This document shows positions 1 to 10,200 of a stretch of DNA of 64,000 bases, piece by piece; the first letter of the stretch is position 1, and each line of letters opens with the position of its first letter. Made by a program: the position numbers and the translations under genes. The stretch spans positions 222,689 to 286,688 of the IMG/VR virus record IMGVR_UViG_3300004151_000006; one strand, 5' to 3'. The notes under the pieces are model-generated. The model had not been told where the DNA came from. It worked only from the letters and a program-made list of their open reading frames with translations, and did no database searches.

Positions 1-363
1 CCTGGTACTGAAAAAGAATTGTTTCAGATGATGAAAGAAGAAGTATTGAAACATATTAAAAAGGGTAATCGTATCTTGTCTGGTGGAAAATATCAAATTT
101 GGGGTGTAGCCACTAAGAGTTTTAAAATGTATAATCTCAATTTAAATGTCCCCAGTGGGATTGTTCCAATTGATCATAGTGTTAATCTTATTCCTAAGAA
201 AGATGATATCTTGAAATTGAATCAACATGTTGGTGACATTATACGGAATAATGTATTCAGTAGCAATGATGAAGATTTTCAATCAGACCTCGATACTTTG
301 AAAGTGATCATTGATAATCACCAAAAAGATGCTAAATTTATGATAGGTCTGTCGGAAGAATAA
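1..363 (+). CDS. Hypothetical protein, 5'-partial
   Basis: Frame is open from base 1 to TAA at 361-363; no recognisable motif. Confidence 0.7.
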   Translation, partial: PGTEKELFQMMKEEVLKHIKKGNRILSGGKYQIWGVATKSFKMYNLNLNVPSGIVPIDHSVNLIPKKDDILKLNQHVGDIIRNNVFSSNDEDFQSDLDTLKVIIDNHQKDAKFMIGLSEE

Positions 364-367
364 ATCT

Positions 368-1099
368 ATGATATTAACAAATCTTACAAAAAATCCATGT
401 ATTCAATGTGATCATTGGAAACGTACGAAATATAATAAAGGTATTAGTATATCAGAATTTGGATCATGTGCTTCAAATAGAGTGATCAATCTTACTAAAG
501 ATGCGGATATAAAAGATATTTTTGCTCCAGGATCATTGCAGTATATCGGTATCTCTTCAGATAACGATTGTGAAGTATTGCTTCGTACTCATGCATGGTT
601 TGGTTGTAGTAATTATGGGCTTATCAATGGTGATGAAAATAGAAATATGATTAATTGTGTTACTAGATACCCGAGACTGTTTGAAGATAGCATCATTAAA
701 CGTGAATTGTTAAATGGTGTGATGTATAAGTATCTTTATGCTGAAAAGAATAGAGCTGTAGTAAATTTTCAAGATAATGTGGTCATTGAATTTCATGTCC
801 TGAAAGAAGATTGTGGTCCAAAAGAATATGAATTATTTTTAAAGATGCTTGATGAATGGAAACAAGCCACACATATCTTTACACCAGAAGAATTGAATAA
901 TGAAGAAAATATAGAACAAGAAAAAAATAGACCATACAACACCATGGGTTTATCGTATTTTATTAAACATATTGCAGAACCCAAATATGCCTTAGATATA
1001 TATGATCTTAAACTTACAGAATACTATCTAGAAAGTAAGTACAATCAGCAACTCCTTTTTGTACGGCTTGAAGGTATCTTTGGTGGATGCAATTCGTGA
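368..1099 (+). CDS. Hypothetical protein with N-terminal Cys cluster (possible Zn binding)
   Basis: 243 aa; CxxC..C..C pattern (CIQCDHW, FGSC, FGCS). Confidence 0.7.
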   Translation: MILTNLTKNPCIQCDHWKRTKYNKGISISEFGSCASNRVINLTKDADIKDIFAPGSLQYIGISSDNDCEVLLRTHAWFGCSNYGLINGDENRNMINCVTRYPRLFEDSIIKRELLNGVMYKYLYAEKNRAVVNFQDNVVIEFHVLKEDCGPKEYELFLKMLDEWKQATHIFTPEELNNEENIEQEKNRPYNTMGLSYFIKHIAEPKYALDIYDLKLTEYYLESKYNQQLLFVRLEGIFGGCNS

Positions 1100-1103
1100 T
1101 AGG

Positions 1104-1129
1104 TGGGTGTACCCCATGGGGTACACCCA
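1104..1129. terminator. Intergenic perfect palindrome
   Basis: TGGGTGTACCCCA|TGGGGTACACCCA just after a stop codon; no U-tract. Confidence 0.55.
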
Positions 1130-1140
1130 TCATCATGTTA

Positions 1141-1160
1141 AATATATATTACTTTTATGA
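1141..1160 (+). promoter_or_regulatory. Putative early phage promoter
   Basis: TATATATTA-CTTTTA-TGA matches the recurring motif. Confidence 0.65.
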
Positions 1161-1196
1161 ATCAGTAATTTATTTCAACTCTATGGAGGAAAGACT

Positions 1197-1574
1197 ATGG
1201 TTAATCAAGAAGAGAATGTGTTGAGTCCGGATGAACAATATAGAAAAGATATTATCACCTTTGTTAAATTATTATGTGATCAGAAAAAATTACTTACTTT
1301 TAATTTTACATATACCCTTGGTGTGGATGATTCTAATGTAAATGAAATTTTAGAATTTGTTTCTAAGGTACCAGATTCACTTAAAGAAATGTTTCAGATT
1401 GATATCTTAGAAGAAAATTGTCACAAAAGAAAAAAAGATGATGTGGATATTCATACAGGACAATGGTGCATGGCCAATATGGAGACACTTTTTAACTATG
1501 TGAGTAAGTGTCAACAGGAAATGAATGATACAATTATTGCTATGTTAGAAACTATTGCTGTGGAACATAGGTGA
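1197..1574 (+). CDS. Hypothetical protein
   Basis: 125 aa; GGAGG SD. Confidence 0.75.
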   Translation: MVNQEENVLSPDEQYRKDIITFVKLLCDQKKLLTFNFTYTLGVDDSNVNEILEFVSKVPDSLKEMFQIDILEENCHKRKKDDVDIHTGQWCMANMETLFNYVSKCQQEMNDTIIAMLETIAVEHR

Positions 1575-1609
1575 TCTAAACTTAAAGTTGTTCATTAAAG
1601 GAGAACCCC

Positions 1610-1999
1610 ATGGCAGAACAACTTATCGTTCGATTGACTGGTATCATTGACGATAGTGCAGTGGTGCTGGACTTTACTATTGAAGATCTATTAAAACGTA
1701 TGTGTGAATTTACTGATGATTATATTCTTGAATCAAAAGCTGAGCATGATGATGGTTGGAATATGTTAGCCACTCTTACACTATGCAATGGTTTTAAAAA
1801 GAGACCATTGATGGTACTAAGTCACAGACATATACCAGATCCAATTCCATCTGATCAAGTGGGTGAATATGTTAAAAATTTCTTTATTTATGAACTGCTG
1901 ATGTTTATCCATGATGAATCTGAAGAATCTTTACGTAAAGATGATATATGGTGTATTGTACGATTCCCGCATCATAAGGAGAATCCATATGTCCAATAA
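1610..1999 (+). CDS. Hypothetical protein
   Basis: 129 aa; AAGGAG SD. Confidence 0.75.
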   Translation: MAEQLIVRLTGIIDDSAVVLDFTIEDLLKRMCEFTDDYILESKAEHDDGWNMLATLTLCNGFKKRPLMVLSHRHIPDPIPSDQVGEYVKNFFIYELLMFIHDESEESLRKDDIWCIVRFPHHKENPYVQ

Positions 2000-2534
2000 A
2001 AGACATCTCATGCTTAGAGATAGAGCTGTTGGTAATAGCTTTGCTTTAGTATATTCTGCATCAGTAGATAAACATAAAAGTGATTATGAATTTTATTGTG
2101 CTGCACAAGAAGAATTGGAAATGATGAGAAAGTTTCCGACTGTAGTCACTTGTATGTTTACAACAAAGATAATGAGCTTATGTGAAGAAGCTCCAGATAC
2201 TCCATGGAAAAAATATACTCAAGGTATGCGTGAACACTTTATCATTTATCCCGATGTAAAGACTATTCATGTTTTTGATAATATTGGATATCATAAAGAT
2301 TGGTTTAGTGATATCACAAAATGTATTTATACTTTGAATAAAAATGGCATTGCTTATTATGTTGATTATTTGGATTGTCCAAATTACATTGATGAGTTAC
2401 AAGAACGTTTTCATATTCTAGATAACTATTTTGAATCTTTAGAAGCTAGATGGAGTGATGTGCATGATCCCTGTGACTTGAGTGATAAGTTTGAAGTATC
2501 TGATATTCAACGTATCTTAGGTGAAATAGAATGA
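1989..2534 (+). CDS. Hypothetical protein
   Basis: Start moved to ATG 1989 behind AAGGAG. Confidence 0.7.
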   Translation: MSNKRHLMLRDRAVGNSFALVYSASVDKHKSDYEFYCAAQEELEMMRKFPTVVTCMFTTKIMSLCEEAPDTPWKKYTQGMREHFIIYPDVKTIHVFDNIGYHKDWFSDITKCIYTLNKNGIAYYVDYLDCPNYIDELQERFHILDNYFESLEARWSDVHDPCDLSDKFEVSDIQRILGEIE

Positions 2535-2995
2535 ATAATAATGATACACATAGTGAAATGGTTCCAGCATATTGGGATAATTTATATGATACACTCTTTA
2601 GACCTAAGATATTAGAAGTCTATCATGATTGTTGTGAAGAACTTGAATTGGAGATCTTTCCAAGTGAAATATGCAAAAAGTTAAATGATACCATGAAATT
2701 ATTAGAATATACTGCAGTACTTGGGATTGCTACATATCTAGATAGAATGGATAAACAAATAAAATATACTAAAGATATTAATTTCATCATGCCTGGTTGG
2801 TTATCATTTATTGGTGCTACAAATAAAGAAGATTATCCATCAAATACATATATCCTTTCAATAAATATTGTGAGTAAAGATATGCTAGAACATATATTTG
2901 TAACTGTGAGTATGGAATTTTATAAAGGTAGATCTGATGGTATGATGGAATTAGTCACCACACTTTATGAAGTTGTACCAGAATACGTCCAATAG
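2531..2995 (+). CDS. Hypothetical protein
   Basis: 154 aa; ATGA overlap with upstream gene. Confidence 0.7.
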   Translation: MNNNDTHSEMVPAYWDNLYDTLFRPKILEVYHDCCEELELEIFPSEICKKLNDTMKLLEYTAVLGIATYLDRMDKQIKYTKDINFIMPGWLSFIGATNKEDYPSNTYILSINIVSKDMLEHIFVTVSMEFYKGRSDGMMELVTTLYEVVPEYVQ

Positions 2996-3016
2996 AATTT
3001 AAAAGTTAATATCAAT

Positions 3017-3217
3017 ATGTCCAATTCAACAGCAAGTCAAATTAATTTATCTGGAGTGAATACTGATTTTGATGGAGATGAAATACTTTACATTAAAATA
3101 CAAAAACCACGTAAATGGTTATCTGGTAAAGAAAATAAACGTATCCATAATAAAATTACTAAACGTGGTCGTCCATTTAATATTAAAAATATAAATAGAT
3201 TTCCAAAGTTAAATTAA
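3017..3217 (+). CDS. Small protein carrying an RNAP beta-prime catalytic-loop-like motif (NTDFDGD) and a basic tail
   Basis: 66 aa; LSGVNTDFDGDEI; fills the gap before a hairpin; no clear SD. Confidence 0.55.
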   Translation: MSNSTASQINLSGVNTDFDGDEILYIKIQKPRKWLSGKENKRIHNKITKRGRPFNIKNINRFPKLN

Positions 3218-3225
3218 TGGATAGG

Positions 3226-3254
3226 AGGAGGACCACCATAATGGTGGTCCTCCT
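3226..3254. terminator. Intergenic hairpin
   Basis: AGGAGGACCACCAT-A-ATGGTGGTCCTCCT. Confidence 0.55.
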
Positions 3255-3300
3255 ATCTACTTTATATTTTTTAATAAAAGTACGACATTCATTACGCTAT

Positions 3301-3362
3301 AAATATATATCATCTATGCGAAGACACATAGATGATGATGTCTCGGGGACTCGACATGATCA
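3301..3362 (+). repeat. Promoter-overlapping double inverted-repeat element, copy 1 of 3
   Basis: TATATATCA-TCTATG-CGA; ATCATCTATG/CATAGATGAT and ATGTC/GACAT stems; homologous to 27288-27350 and 61226-61300. Confidence 0.75.
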
Positions 3363-3462
3363 TTTGTGTGAATCAAATCGAATATCATCACATGGTGTGA
3401 TGAATACGATGGGTCATATAACCCAAATACTTTTAGTCTTAAACTTTCTCAGGAGTATACTC

Positions 3463-5607
3463 ATGGCTAAGATCATCTTTCTTATCATGGTGTCAATGTT
3501 GTTAGCAGATCATAGCTTTGGTCAGACCAAAAACAATGATCTCCCCACAGTGGAAGAAGTACAGGATAATATCCAAAGATCTGGTAAGCAGTGGACAGCT
3601 AAACGCAATAGATTCATGGATATGAGTCAGGCTGAGATCGATGCCACACATGGAGCAGATGATTGGTCTACTCTCTCCAGAGATATGGATCTCAAAGGTT
3701 TAGAGGGTTCTCCATATGACAAAGATGTCACTGGTGTCCTCACTGATAATCCCCTTCCATCAGCACATGATTGGAGGAATCATAATGGAAAAGATTATAC
3801 TACTCCAACCAAATATCAATCCAGCTGTGGTGCATGTGTCACATTTGCAACAGTTGCTATATGGGAAACACTCCTTAAGATTCAGTACTTGGATGAAAGA
3901 CCTTCATTCAATCCGGATCTCAGTGAACAGTTTATAGTTTCATGTCCATTACCGAAATCTTGTTTTGGAGTCAATCCAACTTTTACAATACCGGATATGG
4001 TACAAAACGGTACTTATTCGGAGACATACATCCCATACATTGCAAAGCCAGTACCTTGCAGTGAAGTGACAAGCGGTGTTGATCTTACAAAGATTGGGCA
4101 TTATCGTGTTATGAATTATGAACATGTGGTTGTGTATGAACCCGGTGGAGATGATGTGAGTATTGACATGTTAAAACGTATGTTGGTGGAGATTGGACCA
4201 TTTTTCACAGTGATGATGCAATACGATGATTTCTATCTTTATGCGGGTGGAGTATATTCCACAACACCAACTGCGAGTTATCGTGGGCTTCATGCCGTCT
4301 GTGTGATTGGGTATGATGATGCTGAACAATGTTTCATTGTGAAAAATTCATGGGGAGATTGGTGGGGAATAAATGGTTATTTTAAGATAGCCTATTCAGA
4401 AGCTACAAAATTATCCCGTACTACATTTGGCTTAGATACATGGGCATTTTCTGGTGCTGTCATTGATCGTGAAGAACCAGAGCAAGAGATACCCCCAATA
4501 GCCAAAGTCATAAACTTTCCCACAGGTACAATATATGCACATGATCGGGTGTACAATGTAACTTCTGAACCAGCAACTGCAGTATCATTTGCTTTTCGTA
4601 CTGATGGTGGTACCTGGAGTGAACAGATACCCATTTTAGGATCTTTGTGGATCTATGATCCCACTGATGGTCCACATACACTTGAAGTGATTACATGTAG
4701 TGTATCTGGTGCTTGTCAATCTAAAAATGATCCCACTACATATCATTGGATCAATGATACTACACCTCCAGAATTTATCAATATCACCAATCCACCAGCT
4801 GCTATCACTGATGTCACATCTTACGTATTCAATGTCACTGCGAGTGCAGATACTGTAAAATATATGTGGGCATCTGATTTAATAAGTGGCTGGTCTGCTA
4901 TGCTACCAATATCAAATGCAACTATCACTTTAAATGATGTCCCCGATGGTAAACATTATATTATTCTGGTAGCCAGTGATGTAATCGATAATTACAGTGA
5001 GCACACTCGGGTGGAATGGACGGTATCGAGTAAAATCACAGCATTGTTAAGTGATCTCCCAAATATCAAAACTACAGATACTTCAACACGGATCACGGTA
5101 TCTTCTAATTCATCAAAATACATTGGATATCGATATCGTCTTGATGGTAGTATGTGGTCTGCAACTGCAGATAAAGATACAAAGATACAGTTATCTGGGT
5201 TATCAACAGGTGTACATACTCTTGAAGTAATTGCAGTGGGGAGTGACGGTAGTATTCAAGATGAAACTGCTACTTCAATGTATGCTTGGATAATTGAAGA
5301 AGCCGCTGCAGCTGTAGCAGTATTGCAAAATCCACCTGATTCAGTATCTACCGCATCGAAATATCAACTGTATGTTGGTGGGGAAAATACCGTGGCATAT
5401 AAATATTCTATCGATGGTCAACCTTTATCACAGGAGTATGATATCAACACACCTATCAATTTGACACTTTCATCGGGCCTGCACATACTCCGGTTGTCAG
5501 GAAAGAATAATGCTGGTGTATGGCAAGAAAGTTATACCACTAACAGTTGGACAGTCAAACGGTCTACTGTAAACCTTGGTGCAGTCTATCAGCTATTATT
5601 GAATTAA
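3463..5607 (+). CDS. Secreted papain-like (C1A) cysteine protease with C-terminal beta-sandwich repeats
   Basis: AGGAG SD at 3451; signal peptide MAKIIFLIMVSMLL; QSSCGAC, GLHAVCVIGY and KNSWG motifs; repeated YxYxxDG...GxHTLEV modules. Confidence 0.9.
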   Translation: MAKIIFLIMVSMLLADHSFGQTKNNDLPTVEEVQDNIQRSGKQWTAKRNRFMDMSQAEIDATHGADDWSTLSRDMDLKGLEGSPYDKDVTGVLTDNPLPSAHDWRNHNGKDYTTPTKYQSSCGACVTFATVAIWETLLKIQYLDERPSFNPDLSEQFIVSCPLPKSCFGVNPTFTIPDMVQNGTYSETYIPYIAKPVPCSEVTSGVDLTKIGHYRVMNYEHVVVYEPGGDDVSIDMLKRMLVEIGPFFTVMMQYDDFYLYAGGVYSTTPTASYRGLHAVCVIGYDDAEQCFIVKNSWGDWWGINGYFKIAYSEATKLSRTTFGLDTWAFSGAVIDREEPEQEIPPIAKVINFPTGTIYAHDRVYNVTSEPATAVSFAFRTDGGTWSEQIPILGSLWIYDPTDGPHTLEVITCSVSGACQSKNDPTTYHWINDTTPPEFINITNPPAAITDVTSYVFNVTASADTVKYMWASDLISGWSAMLPISNATITLNDVPDGKHYIILVASDVIDNYSEHTRVEWTVSSKITALLSDLPNIKTTDTSTRITVSSNSSKYIGYRYRLDGSMWSATADKDTKIQLSGLSTGVHTLEVIAVGSDGSIQDETATSMYAWIIEEAAAAVAVLQNPPDSVSTASKYQLYVGGENTVAYKYSIDGQPLSQEYDINTPINLTLSSGLHILRLSGKNNAGVWQESYTTNSWTVKRSTVNLGAVYQLLLN

Positions 5608-5617
5608 TCTATGATGA

Positions 5618-5643
5618 CATGGGGGACCATTCGGTCCCCCATG
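5618..5643. terminator. Intergenic hairpin
   Basis: CATGGGGGACC-ATTC-GGTCCCCCATG. Confidence 0.55.
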
Positions 5644-5671
5644 CCCTTACAAATGCTACTCATTTTTTTAT

Positions 5672-5692
5672 AAATATATATCATAAAATTGA
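5672..5692 (+). promoter_or_regulatory. Putative early promoter
   Basis: TATATATCA-TAAAAT-TGA. Confidence 0.65.
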
Positions 5693-5739
5693 ATGTGGAT
5701 TAAAATCTGATTAACACTTTAACAATGAGGTAAAATGTT

Positions 5740-5964
5740 TTGGCTGGAAATTTATGTTCATTAATTGCTGTGACTGGTAAAGGCCGTGGTCCCCGTCAAC
5801 CTGAAGTCAGGCCCGACACTGGACGTGAAGCTGTCATCTCCTTACATCAGCGTAAGGGGATGGTTACCTGCAAAGTGTGTAAGACACGATTTCCTCGATT
5901 TAAGATGAAGCATGGGTTATGCCCATTCTGTCATCACGACCGGAAACAGAAGATTGAGGATTGA
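5740..5964 (+). CDS. Small Zn-ribbon protein
   Basis: CKVC...CPFC; lies between a promoter and a hairpin; start uncertain. Confidence 0.55.
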   Translation: MAGNLCSLIAVTGKGRGPRQPEVRPDTGREAVISLHQRKGMVTCKVCKTRFPRFKMKHGLCPFCHHDRKQKIED

Positions 5965-5969
5965 TTTTA

Positions 5970-5994
5970 GGGACCTGGGCAATGCCCAGGTCCC
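5970..5994. terminator. Intergenic hairpin
   Basis: GGGACCTGGGC-AAT-GCCCAGGTCCC. Confidence 0.55.
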
Positions 5995-6052
5995 GTATCA
6001 AATATAGTAGATATCTTTTTATTAACAATGATTATGCTGATCATCTTTTTTC

Positions 6053-6073
6053 AAATATATATAATCAAAGTGA
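6053..6073 (+). promoter_or_regulatory. Putative early promoter
   Basis: TATATATAA-TCAAAG-TGA. Confidence 0.55.
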
Positions 6074-6127
6074 AGTCAATAGGATATCCCACTGACTAAT
6101 CGTCTTAACATCCGAAAGGAGAGCATC

Positions 6128-6328
6128 ATGGCTACTACCTTTACGGGACTCCTTGATCGTGAACCGATCGTCGGGGTCCTCCCCGAATTTTGGTGGCACG
6201 ATGAGACCCGTCCTGGTTTTACCCTGGTGCTCGACCAGGATGTCCAGGACCAAATCAATACTGGAAACTGTGACTGGACAGCTATGGCTGACAGTCTTGG
6301 TGCCCAGGCTATAGGGGCTGCCGCATGA
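6128..6328 (+). CDS. Hypothetical small protein
   Basis: AAGGAG SD; GC-richer codons. Confidence 0.7.
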   Translation: MATTFTGLLDREPIVGVLPEFWWHDETRPGFTLVLDQDVQDQINTGNCDWTAMADSLGAQAIGAAA

Positions 6329-6636
6329 ACACCTCCATTATCCCAATGAGGAGACCGCTCTCTTCTCCTCCCATGCAACTGAAAGAAGCTGCCAAATCCA
6401 GCATGAATCGACTCATGCTGGCTGAGATGACTTGTCGAAAGGCGGGTCATCGGATCCGGGTCCTACGAATAGCTTATCGCATGACCCGTGAGGACATGGC
6501 CCAGCGGGTGGGTCTTACCCCCAGTCAGATTGAGGAACTGGAAAGCTGCAAGGGGAATACTTGCAGAAATCTCCTCAAACAAGTGGCTTCCTTCTTCAAA
6601 GTGCCGGTCGACGAGCTGGCACTTGACTGTCAGTAG
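6325..6636 (+). CDS. XRE-family HTH regulator
   Basis: GHRIRVLRIAYRMTREDMAQRVGLTPSQIEELE...VASFFKVPVDEL. Confidence 0.85.
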   Translation: MNTSIIPMRRPLSSPPMQLKEAAKSSMNRLMLAEMTCRKAGHRIRVLRIAYRMTREDMAQRVGLTPSQIEELESCKGNTCRNLLKQVASFFKVPVDELALDCQ

Positions 6637-6641
6637 GGTCA

Positions 6642-6677
6642 ATGGGATGGGTACCCCATTTGGGGTACCCATCCCAT
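6642..6677. terminator. Intergenic hairpin
   Basis: 17-bp stem with 2-nt loop. Confidence 0.55.
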
Positions 6678-6701
6678 GTCACATGGTACTCATATTTTTT
6701 G

Positions 6702-6722
6702 ATATATACATTATAGTTCTGA
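6702..6722 (+). promoter_or_regulatory. Putative early promoter
   Basis: TATACATTA-TAGTTC-TGA. Confidence 0.55.
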
Positions 6723-6751
6723 TATCAATACAAAATTCCACGGAGGAACAC

Positions 6752-7084
6752 ATGCTTAGTGAAGAACAAAAACTCCCCATCTTCAACTATGGAAAGATCG
6801 TGGTATGGCGAGTATCATACTTCCGAAAGGATGATACTACGCTTCATGATAACCTTTTTACCAACCATGATTTCAGTCTGCAGTTTCTTGGTGGGGGTTG
6901 GCCACTCACTGAAAATGAAGAATTCCAGTTTATTCAAGAACTTCTCGGCACCAAACGGTGGTATCCTCAAATCAAATCTTATATCGAAATGGTCCGGATC
7001 CAAAAGATCCAACTCGACTTCGGTCGGGATGAAAATGTCAGATTCAAGGAAACCGTCACCATCATCGGCAACTGGACCCATTGA
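6752..7084 (+). CDS. Hypothetical protein
   Basis: Start moved to ATG 6752 behind GGAGG. Confidence 0.7.
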   Translation: MLSEEQKLPIFNYGKIVVWRVSYFRKDDTTLHDNLFTNHDFSLQFLGGGWPLTENEEFQFIQELLGTKRWYPQIKSYIEMVRIQKIQLDFGRDENVRFKETVTIIGNWTH

Positions 7085-7096
7085 TCGCATGCTAGT

Positions 7097-7122
7097 GGAG
7101 CAGCCCCATGTGGGGCTGCTCC
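7097..7122. terminator. Intergenic hairpin
   Basis: GGAGCAGCCCCA-TG-TGGGGCTGCTCC. Confidence 0.55.
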
Positions 7123-7208
7123 CATCAAACATGTATCTCTACCTTTTTTTATTGGTATTTTGGTGCGATTCTATAGATCACATACATCCTCTCTAAGGAG
7201 ATTTATAT

Positions 7209-10200
7209 ATGTTGACTATGCAGGACTTTTTCTTTGAATGTGATGATATTGAAACAAATATCATCTCCAATGAAATGTTTAACTATCCAAGATTTAAACT
7301 TAATTATCATAACTGGAAGTATTCCTTCTTGACTAATAATTTTTTTGACATTGGTACAATGCAATTGCCATGGGATGCTACGTATCATACTGCAGATAAT
7401 TGGTTTGGTGGCGTACAACAGGACTATCCAAATATAGTCAATGATCCTTTTATCTCTAACGAAATGTATTATAAATGGATCTATCATCAAACTATATTTC
7501 AATTAAATGGTCCTATTCAATATGATACTAAATACAACTATTTGACTAGTGGGTTGTCTACTATCTTAAATGCATTTCGATCACAATATAAAGCACAGTT
7601 TCGATATCTTCAAAAATTAGAAGACACTCCAAGAAAGAAAGAATCTCTCACTATCATTAATTACAATCCTTTATTTAGATGTTACACATTTGGTGCATTG
7701 CAATATTTTAAGAAAGTAAATTTGATATTATCTACTATGTTTAATACAGTAGCTCACATGATTGATATGTATCCAGATAAACATCAATATATCTTGATCC
7801 CATGGAATAATGAAATCTATACTCAAGATCAATTTACACGTACAAAGAAAAAGATCGATATCTCTTCATTGAGAAATCCCAATAGTTTTCATTTTATTTT
7901 TATGGTCTATTTGATGAATTTCATTGATCCTAATACTGATCTTGGACTCTTTAATCAATATCCAGAAAAGTACTGGAAAGAAACTAATTTAGTATTTCGA
8001 AATGGTAATAAAGCCACTATCTTTAATTTAGAAGATCTCAAGACTCTTAATGATAAAAATAGAGCCTATCTCAAGGTAGTATCGCATCTCAATATCTTAT
8101 CTACCATAGGGAGCAGTACTATAGTACTGGATACCTCTGAAGTAGATGGTATCTCTGGACCAACAGATCGTATCCCAGTGATCACTGAGACTAAATGTAC
8201 TATCTCATTACCTGATATCACTACAGTACCTTTAGATAAGACTAATCCTGAAGTCACTGATAAATCAGAGAGTGTCTCTAAAGATCCAGTACCTATCGTA
8301 GATACTACACAGAGTATCATGCCTAGCAGTATCATTGGTACAACCAAATCAGTGATCCAAAAGACTTTTATCCCTATGGTAAAATCCACAGTATCTATTA
8401 TGCCTAAAGTGATCTCTAAATCAGATACACCAAATCAAATATTAGAAGACACTAAACCTGTGATGAGAAATCTCATTCCACAATTAGCTTCTAATATCAC
8501 CCAGATAGAATCAGAGACTGATCCCAATGTAATCAAACAGCGTAGTAAAGAATATTTAGAAGACATTGATGCACAAGCTGTAACATATATTGATAATAGA
8601 GAAGATCTCACCCCAAAACAAAAAGAAAGACTCAAGACTGTAGCAAAGAAATATAAACAAGTCACTATTGGTGAAGAGACTCTTCAAGATATCATCCTTA
8701 AAAACAATGATGTACTCATTGATGAAGATCCACCACAGTCTGTGATAGATACTTTACCTGATAAGACTATGGCTAAATCAAAAGCATTTCATTTTGATAA
8801 AGCTTATATCCATAAAACTATGAAAAAAGACTTAGCCAGCATTGCTGTAAACTTTAATAAACTTGGTATGTTTTTGACAGATATTAAGACTTCACAGACT
8901 ATTAATGAATTGACACAATCTGAAGAATACACTTTTAAGTTTGAAGATGTCCAAGGTAAATCACATACTGTCAAATTCAGCGTGCCTATCATTGATAGTA
9001 ATGGATATTGTTATATCAACGGTGTCAAAAAGTATTTGAAGAAACAAATGATCAATATCCCAATTTGTAAGATAGGTGAGAATAAGGTTTCTATGGTCTC
9101 CAATCAGAATAAAGTATTGATCTTGCGTAATGAAACTAAAGCTCATAGTTTTGATACACAGATAGATAAAATAGTAGAACTTGGAAAATCAGTACTTAAT
9201 ATAATCTATGGTACACTGGATCTCAATCTTTCTTTAGCTTATGAATATGTCTCCATTGCACAAAAATATAATACCATTACTATTAAATCACAAGATGGTA
9301 AATCACATACTTTATGTTTTGATTATTATAATAGATTTAAAGATATTGCTGATGTAGCACTACATTCTAAATTAGATGCATTGGAGAAACAATATGGTAC
9401 ACTCTTTGGTAAAGATGGTCATACTGGATATTATTTTATTGATACTAATAACTTAGTCAGTTTGATTACATTGGATAGAAAAGATATCACACCTTCAGAT
9501 GTGGTATCTATTGTAGATATCTTTAAGACTACATATCCTAAAGAGTTAGCTAGTAAGATAGGTTTCATCACAGAATGGATAGATATTAACTTAGTCTCTA
9601 AACCTTTACCTGTTGGATTTATCTTAGCATACCGATATGGTCTAGTCAACATGATGGATCACCTTGGGGTGAAATATAAGCTCTTAGCTAAACGTGGTAA
9701 TAGTGTGTTAGAAGAGAGTGAATTCTCAGGTGAGAATGTTATTTCTGCTACTGAGTCTTTTGATACTTTGACTATGGATAAAGTGATCAATATTGATACT
9801 CGTAGGAAATGGAAGATCGATGATGTCAAACATCTTGAACTTTTAGAAAAGTACAATATATCTAAAACTGAATGTATCATCAGTGGTAGTGCTGCTATGA
9901 TAGCACATCGATATCCGAACTGTATCAACAATGATCTTGATATTGTGGTGACTGATAGAGTATATGCTAAACTTAAAAAGGATACTACAAATTTTTCAGT
10001 ACATAAAGCACGTGATGGTATTGGTACTGATATAAAATTGGTCAGCAAAGATGAGAAACTTGAGATCACTAAATATTTCCATGCTTTATCTGAAGAATAT
10101 ACTTTTGATGTGGTGAAAAAAGAAAGTGTGAATGTCATTGATGAATATATGTTCACTGATTTGGATTTCTTATTTAAAATGTATACCAAACTCAATAGAC

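Noticed and set aside
3301-3362. Three-copy element as a CRISPR mini-array
   Set aside because: No identical repeats with unique spacers, and no cas genes in the window.
3217-3462. N-terminal extensions in the ORF track (also 6488, 19385, 27320, 28164, 29090, 48089)
   Set aside because: They run through hairpins, promoters or an upstream gene; downstream ATGs have clear SD sequences.
7166-7180. CTATAG as a late-promoter motif (also ~47846 and ~63908)
   Set aside because: Too short and too few instances to support in AT-rich DNA.
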